Shown one piece after another: positions 18,903 to 28,062 of a DNA stretch of 64,000 nucleotides. How positions within the stretch are numbered: position 1 is the stretch's first letter; each line of letters begins with the position of its first letter. This stretch comes from Gemmatimonadota bacterium (lineage in GTDB: Bacteria; Latescibacterota; UBA2968): NCBI GenBank assembly GCA_002727195.1, contig PBWH01000005.1, forward strand, positions 529,285 to 593,284, read 5' to 3'. A model generated the notes under the pieces. That model searched no databases and was not told the DNA's origin. It saw nothing but the letters and a program-made list of their open reading frames with translations. A program made the position numbers and the translations under genes.

Positions 18903-19931
18903 CTATAACCTCGTTCCCAGCCTCTCGCCTAGGAACGAACTGGCCCCATACGCCATCTCGATCACTCGCTTCTCCGGCTCAAAAGGTTTGATCTCCCCCA
19001 ATCCCAGCTCATCGACAGCAACCTCGATCGCATCCCGCGAGTCATCCCCACGCAGGTTCGCATAGAACCGACCCGCATCCATAAGAGCATCCCTAGGCAC
19101 CAGCCCGACCAGCTCACTCCCGGTCACGGTGACACCCAGCTCAGCCGCTTCCTCACGACAGGCCTCATACACCCGCGCGATTGGCGTCGTCTGGTAGTCG
19201 AGGATGTTGAACGTGATCTGTACCCGATCGAACTCGTCGATATACCAGCCGTCCCCTTGAAGCCTTCGGAATCTCCCCGGCAGACGGGAACCATCCGATC
19301 GACGCTCACCGGAAGATCTGAGTTTGCGCGCGATCCGCTTCGCGATCGAAACGTTCTTCGTGTCCAGGTTCACATTCCACGCGATCAGAAACCTTCTTGC
19401 CCCAGTCACCGTCGCGCCTGACCGCGCGTTGAATTCAGGTCGTCCAAAATCGGGCCCATTGGCGGGGTCAGCCAGCTTCGCTTCGAGCCCCTCATACTCG
19501 CCCTGGCGTATCGCTGGTAGGCTCTGCCTGGTATCAACCCTAGCAGCCTCCGCATAGAGGTAGACGGGAATCCCCAACTGGTCGCTGACCCGCTCTCCAA
19601 GACGTTGGGCGATGTCTATACAGTCCTGCATGGGAGTCTCGCCGATCGGCACGATCGGACACACATCTGTGGCCCCGATCCGAGGATGCGTTCCGCGATG
19701 GGTCCGCATATCGATCAGCTCGACAGCCGTCTCTATACCCGCGAACGCCGCCCGCTCGACAGCATCAGCTTCACCGACAAACGTCACCACCGTCCGATTC
19801 GCCGCGTCCCCCGAATCGACGTGCAGCACGCAGACATCTCGCCCTGTTCCGATCGCTTCTACGATCGCATCGATCTTCGTTCTGTCGCGCCCCTCACTGA
19901 AGTTGGGCACACACTCTACGAGATTGCTCAC
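18903..19931 (-). CDS. Glutamate formimidoyltransferase
   Basis: The N-terminus LVECVPNFSEGRD, together with HPRIGATDVCPIVP, are hallmark FTCD N-domain motifs. The last ~10 codons (FLGERLGTRL) are supplied by a REP-like element. Confidence 0.8.
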   Translation of the reverse strand: MSNLVECVPNFSEGRDRTKIDAIVEAIGTGRDVCVLHVDSGDAANRTVVTFVGEADAVERAAFAGIETAVELIDMRTHRGTHPRIGATDVCPIVPIGETPMQDCIDIAQRLGERVSDQLGIPVYLYAEAARVDTRQSLPAIRQGEYEGLEAKLADPANGPDFGRPEFNARSGATVTGARRFLIAWNVNLDTKNVSIAKRIARKLRSSGERRSDGSRLPGRFRRLQGDGWYIDEFDRVQITFNILDYQTTPIARVYEACREEAAELGVTVTGSELVGLVPRDALMDAGRFYANLRGDDSRDAIEVAVDELGLGEIKPFEPEKRVIEMAYGASSFLGERLGTRL

Positions 19932-20139
19932 AGCAGACTCGTCTTGAAGACCCTCGCCAGCGGCGGCCTGTCGAGCCGTAGCCTTGGCGAAGGTCGAGAG
20001 AGGCCCGGTTCGTCTATAGACGAACCGAGTGAGGGCTTGGCCTCGAGCGGCCTGGAGCTGCTAGGGCCTCGGATAGACCACACGGTCTCAAATCTTCTGT
20101 CATCAATCACTTGTTTTCCGACACCTTGGCGACGCAGGA

Positions 20140-21519
20140 TCAATTCTCGATCCAAGGGTCTCCCGTCTTCCGCAACCACCCCTCCATCTCTCCCTTCAGG
20201 TCGGACACAACGCCGCTTTGATCCTCAGCCACATTCGCCAGCTGATATGGATCCTCCTGATTGTCGTGCAGAATCTCACACTCGTCGCCTTCCCGCGATC
20301 GCTCGACCACATACGTGTACCTATGAGTCCGAACCCCGCGCCGTCCTCCTTCTGGCCAACCAGGATTCGTCTCCAAATACAGCGCGGACGAAGGCCTATC
20401 GATCTCTTCACACAGCAGTCCTGCGGCATAGTCATTCCCCTGCATCGCATCCGGAATTACATCTTTGTGTCCGATGAGTGACAGGAGCGTGGACGTCAGG
20501 TCGGCGGTTCCGATCAGCAGATCATCTGTTCCCACACCGATGTGACCGGGCCACCGAACCATCAGCGGAACCTTCATCGACTCTTCATACCACACGCTCT
20601 TCCCCATCAGACCGTGGCTGCCCATCATCTCGCCGTGGTCCGACGTGAAAACGACGATCGTGTTCTCCTTCAGACGCTGATCGTCGAGCGCTTGCAGGAT
20701 ACGGCCGAAGTGCTCATCCACGCCGGTGACCATCGCGAAGTAATTCTTCACGTCGCGACGAGCTCGATCGCCGCGCTCATCGGCTGCCACGTTCGGCCGG
20801 GTCAACAGCTCCTCGTGGGTCGCGTCCCCATACCGCTCGACGTATTCGGCCGGCACCTGATCAAACGGCATGTGCGGCGGGTTAAACGCCACGAACAACG
20901 AAAACGGCTTGTCCGGGTCACGCCATCCCGTGCTGTTCTCGATATAGTCGACGGCCACATCCGTCTCGTGCTTCGTCGACCATTCGTGCACTTCGAGACG
21001 CTGATCGATACGTGCGTCCCCGTGCCAGTAATGCGGCTGGTTGTGCCAGTCACAACACCCATACGAATGCCAGAAATCGAACCCGTGTCTGCGTGGACCT
21101 GGAGGCGTATAGGAGTCCCAGACACGACCGTCACCTCGGGGGCCCTCGGTGTAATACGCCTCTTCATTCGGCGGATCCAGGTGCAGCTTCCCGATATACC
21201 CTTGGGCGTATCCCGCTTCGTGGAGCACATCGGAGAAACAGCGCTCATCCTCGCGCAGGAAATTCTCATACTGCACGGTCGACGAGTTCACGTTTCCAAG
21301 CACCCCGTTCGCGTGCGGATACTTACCAGAAAACAGCATCGCGCGATAGGGGCTGCACACCGGCCGATTGCTGATCGCGTCGGTAAACACCAGGCTCTCA
21401 CCGGCGAATGCGTCCAGATTCGGGGTGATAACTGGATCCTCATTCGCCACGCCGACAGCTTGCGGACGATACTCATCGGGAAACACGAACACGAGATTGG
21501 GTCGATCGGGCATAGTCAC
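20140..21519 (-). CDS. Sulfatase (formylglycine-dependent arylsulfatase family), no evident signal peptide
   Basis: RPNLVFVF start and a CxPxR motif (PVCSPYRAMLFSG). Further motifs are GKLH, and DHGEMMGSHG in the C-terminal half. Confidence 0.85.
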   Translation of the reverse strand: MTMPDRPNLVFVFPDEYRPQAVGVANEDPVITPNLDAFAGESLVFTDAISNRPVCSPYRAMLFSGKYPHANGVLGNVNSSTVQYENFLREDERCFSDVLHEAGYAQGYIGKLHLDPPNEEAYYTEGPRGDGRVWDSYTPPGPRRHGFDFWHSYGCCDWHNQPHYWHGDARIDQRLEVHEWSTKHETDVAVDYIENSTGWRDPDKPFSLFVAFNPPHMPFDQVPAEYVERYGDATHEELLTRPNVAADERGDRARRDVKNYFAMVTGVDEHFGRILQALDDQRLKENTIVVFTSDHGEMMGSHGLMGKSVWYEESMKVPLMVRWPGHIGVGTDDLLIGTADLTSTLLSLIGHKDVIPDAMQGNDYAAGLLCEEIDRPSSALYLETNPGWPEGGRRGVRTHRYTYVVERSREGDECEILHDNQEDPYQLANVAEDQSGVVSDLKGEMEGWLRKTGDPWIEN

Positions 21520-21699
21520 CTGGGAGGTAAGCGAGTTGGATATCTAATGCCTCAATGTAACACCCGATGCGTTGAGACGTTACCGCGAGATCTCGATCGC
21601 ATGCTCTGCAGCGAGCCGTTTCAGAGTCGACCGGCCGCAAGGCGGGTTGGCCAGCCTCCATCTGGTGGTAGAACCTCTGCGGAAACCGATACGGATCGA

Positions 21700-22103
21700 C
21701 TACGACGAGGGCGAGGAAGAATTCAGCTGAGCAGGTTGGGATCTGGAGAGTTGGCGGCTATTCTCGCAGTAGTGGCATAGATCCTCGAGCAGAAAGTGGC
21801 AATCGCGATTCTCGCGGTCGATCCCACAGTCGTAAACGGTACAGACGGAAGCCCCCGGTGTCGCGGGTGCCAGGTCCCCATAGAACGTCCATTCGACCAC
21901 ACCCCCACCGAACCAGCCCTCCCGATATGGTTTCAGCATCATGTCGTCGGCCGCTTGAAGAACGCGGCCGACGAGTCGAACGGATCGGTCTCCTCGATCG
22001 AAAGGACTTCTCCCGCTTCCAGAAATCCATTGCGGCTCAGCCGGTCGGTGAGCGACTTGGGGGTCAGCGCATCGACGCTCGTGATCGGGTCTGACAGCTC
22101 CAT
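21700..22103 (-). pseudogene. Aminoglycoside/choline-kinase-like phosphotransferase N-terminal remnant (tentative)
   Basis: MELSDPITSVDALTPKSLTDRLSRNGFLEAGEVLSIEE runs from ATG 22103-22101, which overlaps the upstream stop as TGATG, and then hits a stop. A different frame continues to CHFLLEDL, an APH-like lobe motif. The catalytic C-lobe is absent. Confidence 0.35.
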
Positions 22104-22999
22104 CAGATCTCCTTCCTACCTCGACTTGCGGTTGGCAGGACTTCGTTCACCCAGTCTCTGATCCCCTCTTCAATCGTGAAAGCAGGGACGTAGCCGAAGT
22201 CGCGTTTCGCCAGATCCGGTATACACGGCCCCCTCAGATGCATCGCTGGATCGATCCCGGGGCCGATCTCAATATCCGCATCCGGCAACGTATTCCTGAC
22301 CGCCTGCGCGAAGTCACTTCGCGTCCGATGAACGCCACCTGTCACATTGTAAACGGGTGCGGGAAGATCCGATCGCTCAGCGGCAGAGACGAGTCCCTTC
22401 GCCAGGTCTTTCACATAGGTGAAGTCGCACGGTCCATCTCCACCGGTTTCCACTCGGACCGCTTCGCCACGCGTGGCCGGCTCGACGAAGTACTCACCCG
22501 TACTGTGTCCCGGACCATACACGAATCCCGTTCGTATACAAATGACGTCCACATCGAAGTCCGATCGATAGGATCGACAGATGACTTCCGCGGCATACTT
22601 GGTCGCATCGTAGTGACTGACAGGTGAGGGCGGGTCGGTTTCGTAAAGCGGTTTCAGGTCGGGCCGCATTCCGTAGAGCGTGGCCGTCGAGAGGTAGACG
22701 ACGCGCGCGCCGTGGCGGCGAGCAGCTTCGAGGACGTTGGCCGTGCCGTGGATGTTGACATCGACCGCCAGCCCTGAGTTCTCACGTGCCGGGCCGGGCC
22801 CGACGACCGCCGCACAGTGCACGACGACATCGTGACCGTGAACCGCCCCATCCACCAGCGCAGCATCGCGGATGTCGAGATCGACGTCCGAACGGGTGTG
22901 GTTCAGGTCCGCCGTGGTGACATCTTGTCCACGCGCCGCGGCCTCACGAGCGACCTGGCTACCCACGAACCCGCACCCACCCGTGATCAGCACCCGCAT
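22103..22999 (-). CDS. NAD-dependent epimerase/dehydratase (SDR, extended)
   Basis: The internal ATG gives MRVLITGGCGFVGSQVA (Rossmann GxxGxxG). A YxxxK motif is present (YDATKYAAE). Confidence 0.85.
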   Translation of the reverse strand: MRVLITGGCGFVGSQVAREAAARGQDVTTADLNHTRSDVDLDIRDAALVDGAVHGHDVVVHCAAVVGPGPARENSGLAVDVNIHGTANVLEAARRHGARVVYLSTATLYGMRPDLKPLYETDPPSPVSHYDATKYAAEVICRSYRSDFDVDVICIRTGFVYGPGHSTGEYFVEPATRGEAVRVETGGDGPCDFTYVKDLAKGLVSAAERSDLPAPVYNVTGGVHRTRSDFAQAVRNTLPDADIEIGPGIDPAMHLRGPCIPDLAKRDFGYVPAFTIEEGIRDWVNEVLPTASRGRKEI

Positions 23000-23003
23000 C
23001 CGG

Positions 23004-23384
23004 TCACCCGCCAGATTCCCGACCGGTTTCGTCTTCGACACCGAACCCGTCGATCTTATCCACCGGGAACCTGCCCTCGTTCTTCTCCAGCTTCTTCTGG
23101 ATCGCCTCACTAACGTCGATCCCGGTCTGGTTCGCCAGGCTCAGGCAATAGATCATCACGTCGGCGATCTCTTCCTCGACCTCTCCGCGAACAGACGGAT
23201 TACGCATCGCTTCGATCGCTTCCTCGACGGTCAACCACTGGAAGTGCTCCATAATCTCTGCGGCCTCGATCGAGATCGACATCGCCAAGTTCTTCGGACT
23301 GTGGTACCGGTCCCAGTCTCGGGCACGAATAAAGGATGCCACCTTCTCCTTGAGTTCGCCGACTCGTGTCTTGTCGTCCTTCAT
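23004..23384 (-). CDS. MazG-like nucleotide pyrophosphohydrolase
   Basis: Motifs typical of the small all-alpha MazG/dCTPase family: RDWDRYHSPKNLAMSISIEAAEIMEHFQW and EEEIADVMIYCLSLAN. Confidence 0.75.
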   Translation of the reverse strand: MKDDKTRVGELKEKVASFIRARDWDRYHSPKNLAMSISIEAAEIMEHFQWLTVEEAIEAMRNPSVRGEVEEEIADVMIYCLSLANQTGIDVSEAIQKKLEKNEGRFPVDKIDGFGVEDETGRESGG

Positions 23385-23436
23385 TAACCCGCACCGATCT
23401 AGGTTTTCAATCTTCTTTCATCAATCTTAGATGACT

Positions 23437-24077
23437 CTAAACGGGATGTTCGCGGTCGCCGCCACTCGTCGCCAGCTCTTTGCGACCACCGACAGCCTGT
23501 ACGCGCCGGGCGCATTCGGTGCCGTTAACGAGATGGTGGGACCTGATCTGGGCGCTCAGATCTCGTCCCGCCTCGTCCTTCCGATACACACGCTCCTCGA
23601 TGAGAGACCACGAATAGGTCAGCCGATCACTCTTCCGCGCGCCATCGGGCTCTCCTGCCCGCTTACGAGTGAGGTACACAGACTCAACAGTATGGTGAAG
23701 AACAGGATCAATGGTTTTCCCGCGGTATTTCCGGTCTACGAGATACCCAAAAAGGGTGAAGACCACGCCTAACCCGACAATGAAAAAGAGGACCAGCATC
23801 AGCGGGTCCCCATACATCTGTGTAGAACACGGCAAGCGCCACCAGAATCACAGCCCGAACGAGCAACGTCGACGGATACAGCCGGTCGATCCGGTGCCGC
23901 ACGATCTTCGTTACAGTCATCCCGATCGCCACGCGCATCAGCCCCACCAACCGCACCATCAGATCGGTGTAGTCGCCTGTCGCGCCGAACAACTTGAGCA
24001 TAGTCCTCGGCGCGAACACCCCCACCACCAAGCGTATACCCGATCAAGTAAAACAGACTGACCCTAGTCCTATCCAT
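23437..24077 (-). pseudogene. Small multi-TM membrane protein with C-terminal soluble extension, apparently split by two frameshifts
   Basis: Hydrophobic segments continue across three frames: MDRTRVSLFYLIGYTL, then VVGVFAPRTMLKLFG...AVILVALAVFYT, then MYGDPLMLVLFFIVGLGVVFTLFGYL. The frame changes are near 24020 and 23825. The family is not recognised. Confidence 0.35.
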
Positions 24078-24184
24078 AAGCAAATTCCCCTCCTTTAGGA
24101 GGGGGCGGCTCGCCGTAGCTTGCGAGCGTAGGCGGGCCAGGGGAGGTAGGTGGAAGAGCTAGGCCTCTCTTTGCCCTCCGCTCC

Positions 24185-26968
24185 CTAATGCGCCACCAAC
24201 CAGTTATCCCCCATCCCCAACTCCACCACAATCGGCACACTCAATTCGATCGCCGACTTCATCTCCTCCTCCACCAGCGCCGGCAGCATCTCCGCCTCAT
24301 CCTTGTGCATATCGAACACAAGCTCATCGTGCACCTGCAGCAGCATCCGTGACTTCAGGTCCTCCTCACGAATCCGGTCGTGAATCTTCGCCATCGCGAT
24401 CTTGATCATATCCGCCGCCGACCCTTGGATGGGCGAGTTGATCGCGTTCCGCTCGGCCGCACTCCTTAGCGTCTGATTCCGCGAGTTGATGTCCCGCAGA
24501 TACCGCCTGCGACCTGTCACTGTCTGCACATACCCATTCTCGCGACAGAACTCAACCGTCGTATCCATATAGTCGCGGATCCCCGGATACTGCGCGAAGT
24601 AGGACTCGATCAACTCAACCGCTTGTCCGCGCGGAATGTCCAGCCGATCCGACAACCCGAATGCAGAGATCCCGTACACAATCCCGAAGTTCACCGTCTT
24701 CGCGCGGCGACGCATCTCGGCCGTCACCCCATCCGCGTCCACATTCCACACCTTCATTGATGTCATCTCGTGGATGTCGTCGTTCCGCTCGAACGCCCCC
24801 TTCATCGCCTCGTCACCACTGATATCCGCCACGATCCGAAGCTCGATCTGCGAGTAGTCGGCAGCCAACAACGTGTGGTTCTCATCGCGCGGGACAAACG
24901 CTTTCCGAATCTCACGCCCTTGATCACTCCGGACAGGAATGTTCTGCAGGTTCGGATTGCTGGACTGCATCCGGCCCGTCGCGGTCACGGCCTGCTCGTA
25001 GTTCGTGTGCACACGTCCGGTCTTCTCGAAGATCGTCCCCGGCAGCATATCCAGATACGTTGACTTCAGCTTCGTACTCTCTCGATAATGCAGCACCTTC
25101 TCCGCAATCTCGTGTCGGTTCGCCAACCGGGTCAGCACCCGCTCGTTCGTCTGATACTGCTTGCTCTTGCGGGTCCGTTTCGCGTTCGGGTCCAGCTTCA
25201 GCTTCTCGAAGAAGACTTCCCCGAGCTGCTTCGGTGAGTTGAGGTTGAACTCCTCGTCCGCCAGCTCGTAGATCCGGTCCCGGGTTCCGTCGATCTCCTT
25301 CTGCAGGTTGTCCGAAATCTCGGCCAGCACATCCTTATCCAGCCGGATCCCCTCGTACTCCATGTTGACCAGCACGGGAATCAACGGGATCTCGACGTCT
25401 TCGAACACCCGTGTCTGCTCCATCTGCCCGATCTTCGGCTCGAGCGCTTCCCAGAGCTGCAGCGCGACATCTGCGTCTTCTGCCGCATACTCGGCAACAT
25501 CGGCGACCGGAACATCGCGCATGCTCTTCTGTTCTTTGCCCCGCTCCCCGATGAGATCGGAGATTGGCTTGGTCTTGTATGCAAGCAGCGACTCGGCCAG
25601 TGAATCCATCCGCATCCGCCAGTCCGGCGGCAGCGTAAGATGCGCGGCCAGCATCGTGTCGTGGATGGGGCCCTTCCATTCGAAGCCATGCCACTTCAGC
25701 ACGGACAGATCGTACTTCAAGTTGTGACCGATCACACCGACCGATTCATTCTCGATCACGGGCTTCAGCTTCTCCAGAATGGCCACGCCTGCGTCGCGCC
25801 CCGGCTCCACCGGGATATACGTTCCCGTATGCGCCTTGGACGACACGGCGATGCCGACGATCTCTGAATCCTTCGAGCTGAGCCGATCTGTCTCGAGATC
25901 GAACCCAATCGCCTTCTCCTCCGCCAGGGCCGCCACAAGAGCATCCAGCTTCTCGTCCGTGTCGGCCACGTCGTAGTCGTGCTCTGTGTCCGCCAGCGAC
26001 TTCAGCGACAACTGGTCGACCTCCTCGACGTAAGCCACTTCGCCGTTGAATGACAGGGACTGTTGAGGCCCTGATTCAGTCGGCGCGGCTGCCTCGCCAA
26101 ATACGCGCTGAGCAAGCACACGGAACTCCAGTTCGCTAAAAACCGCCTGCAGAATCTCGTCATCGCGCTCCTGGATCTTCAGATCGTCGACCTTGACCTC
26201 GAGCGGCACATCCGTCTTGATCTGGACGAGCTCTTTCGACATCATGGCCTGCTCGCGAAAAGTCTCGACGTTCTCCTTCTGCTTCCCTTTCAGCTGATCC
26301 GTGCTGTCCAGCAACACCTCGACAGACCCGAACTTGTCGATCAACTTCTGCGCCGTCTTCGGCCCGATCCCGGGAATACCGGGAACATTGTCGCTCGTGT
26401 CCCCCATCAGCCCCAGCATATCGACGACCTGATCCACCTCGGCAATTCCCCAACTCTCGAGCACCTCGTCGACGCCCAGGATCTCTGGATCACTGCCCTG
26501 ACGCCCCGGCTTGAATATGTAGGTGTTGTCGCTCACCAGCTGCGCGAAGTCCTTGTCTGGCGTCACCATATACGTGGTGAACCCGTCTTTCTCCGCCGTA
26601 CCGGCCAGCGTCCCGATCACGTCATCCGCTTCGAACCCATCCACACGAATCACGGGAATCCTGAATCCGGCGAGCATCCGATCCAGATACGGGAAGCCTT
26701 CCCGGATATCCTCCGGCATCGACTCACGCTGCGCCTTGTATTCCGAGTAGATCTCGTCCCGGTACGTCGGCTTATCCGTATCAAACACGACCGTCAGATG
26801 CGTCGGCTGCTCCTTCGTCATGATCTCGAGCAGTGTATTCGTAAACACAAACACCATCGACGTGTTCATCCCCGACGACGTCGTCCGCGGGTTGTTGATT
26901 AACGCGAAATGGGATCTGTAAGCCAGAGCCATTCCGTCGAGGAGAAACAGTTTCTTATCTGTTGCCAT
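24185..26968 (-). CDS. polA: DNA polymerase I
   Basis: It has a 5'-3' exonuclease domain (LLDGMALAYRSHFA), a 3'-5' exo-like region, and polymerase motifs A (LLAADYSQIELRI), B (RRRAKTVNFGIVYG) and C (LQVHDELV). The start is taken at the ATG at 26968 (MATDKK), preceded by GAAAGGGA. An alternative ATG lies at 26983. Confidence 0.95.
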   Translation of the reverse strand: MATDKKLFLLDGMALAYRSHFALINNPRTTSSGMNTSMVFVFTNTLLEIMTKEQPTHLTVVFDTDKPTYRDEIYSEYKAQRESMPEDIREGFPYLDRMLAGFRIPVIRVDGFEADDVIGTLAGTAEKDGFTTYMVTPDKDFAQLVSDNTYIFKPGRQGSDPEILGVDEVLESWGIAEVDQVVDMLGLMGDTSDNVPGIPGIGPKTAQKLIDKFGSVEVLLDSTDQLKGKQKENVETFREQAMMSKELVQIKTDVPLEVKVDDLKIQERDDEILQAVFSELEFRVLAQRVFGEAAAPTESGPQQSLSFNGEVAYVEEVDQLSLKSLADTEHDYDVADTDEKLDALVAALAEEKAIGFDLETDRLSSKDSEIVGIAVSSKAHTGTYIPVEPGRDAGVAILEKLKPVIENESVGVIGHNLKYDLSVLKWHGFEWKGPIHDTMLAAHLTLPPDWRMRMDSLAESLLAYKTKPISDLIGERGKEQKSMRDVPVADVAEYAAEDADVALQLWEALEPKIGQMEQTRVFEDVEIPLIPVLVNMEYEGIRLDKDVLAEISDNLQKEIDGTRDRIYELADEEFNLNSPKQLGEVFFEKLKLDPNAKRTRKSKQYQTNERVLTRLANRHEIAEKVLHYRESTKLKSTYLDMLPGTIFEKTGRVHTNYEQAVTATGRMQSSNPNLQNIPVRSDQGREIRKAFVPRDENHTLLAADYSQIELRIVADISGDEAMKGAFERNDDIHEMTSMKVWNVDADGVTAEMRRRAKTVNFGIVYGISAFGLSDRLDIPRGQAVELIESYFAQYPGIRDYMDTTVEFCRENGYVQTVTGRRRYLRDINSRNQTLRSAAERNAINSPIQGSAADMIKIAMAKIHDRIREEDLKSRMLLQVHDELVFDMHKDEAEMLPALVEEEMKSAIELSVPIVVELGMGDNWLVAH

Positions 26969-27162
26969 ATCCCTTTCCGTCAATCGGCGGCTTCCAGTCG
27001 CCGCTCTTTCTCATATATATTCACGCATCGATGATACCCATTCCCCCAACCCTTTTCAAATCGATTCCCCGCCGTTACCATAGCCTCAACCCTCGCGGCC
27101 ACTTGGGTGCAGTATCTCCGCCACCCCACGTTTTGATACGTAACTCTACGAGGTCCGACGTG

Positions 27163-27941
27163 ATGGATCACTCACCCGACAGACTCCGCGTCCAGTATGC
27201 AACCACCAGCAACCTCGACGCCCGCCTGGCCCTCCACGAACGCTTCAACCGACACCCCATCGGCTGGCTCCGCTGGCTGCTCGACCAGTATGACTTCGCG
27301 CCCGGACCCGACATCCTCGAGGTAGGCTACGGTGCTGCGTACCAGTGGAAGGGCGACAACCACGAACGCATTGACGCTTCATGGCAGGTGATGCTTACCG
27401 AGTTCTCGGTAGGCATGCTCTCGACCGCCCGAGAAGCAACCTCGGGCCTGGGATTCACTTACGCGAACGCCAACGCGATGGCGATCCCATTCCACGACAA
27501 CGCCTTCGGTCGCGTGATCGCCAACCATATGCTGTATCTACGCCCCTGACCGCCCCGCTTGCTTGTAGAGAAATCGCTCGCGTCCTGCGTCCAGGCGGAA
27601 AGCTATTTGCCGGCAAGAACAGCGATAGCAGCGTGGCACGCCTAGCCGAACTCACGAGCCAGGCAGACCCCGAGTTCGCAAACATCAGCGAAGCCCGCCC
27701 CTTCACCACCGAAAACGGAGACGACCAGCTCTCCCCGTATTTCAAATCCGTTGGATGCACGCCCTACGAAGGCGGCCTCGACATCACCGAACGTGATCCG
27801 CTTGTCGACTATGTCCGCTCCGCCGACCGCATGTCCGAGGATGGACTATCCAGATTCTAGAATATCGTTCAGGACCTTCTCGGCCGGGAGGGCGTCATCT
27901 CCATCAACAAACACGGTGGCCAGTTCATCTGCACTATCTAG
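27163..27941 (+). pseudogene. Class I SAM-dependent methyltransferase, disrupted
   Basis: The N-part reads ILEVGYGAAYQW...FGRVIANHMLY and stops at 27547-27549. The motif PDRPA sits in a second frame. LACREIARVLRPGGKLFAG is in a third frame, so there are two indels within about 30 nt, both at CCCC runs. An in-frame TAG at 27858-27860 is followed by 26 more plausible codons up to the TAG at 27939-27941. Confidence 0.6.
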
Positions 27942-28062
27942 CCGGCCGAAGCCACTTTCGCCCCTCCCCGCTGCGCCCTAATTTACCCGTACGATTGCTC
28001 CAAACCCCAAGCGCTTCTCTGCACCTTAATGTCCCTTCACGCATTCCTGAATCAGGCCTGAA

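Noticed and set aside
24086-24104. The hairpin cccctcc-ttt-aggagggg as the polA terminator.
   Set aside because: It lies about 80 nt past the polA stop and has only a weak T-tract on the minus strand. Its GGAGG arm sits at RBS distance from the ATG at 24077 of the downstream (disrupted) membrane-protein gene, so its role is ambiguous.
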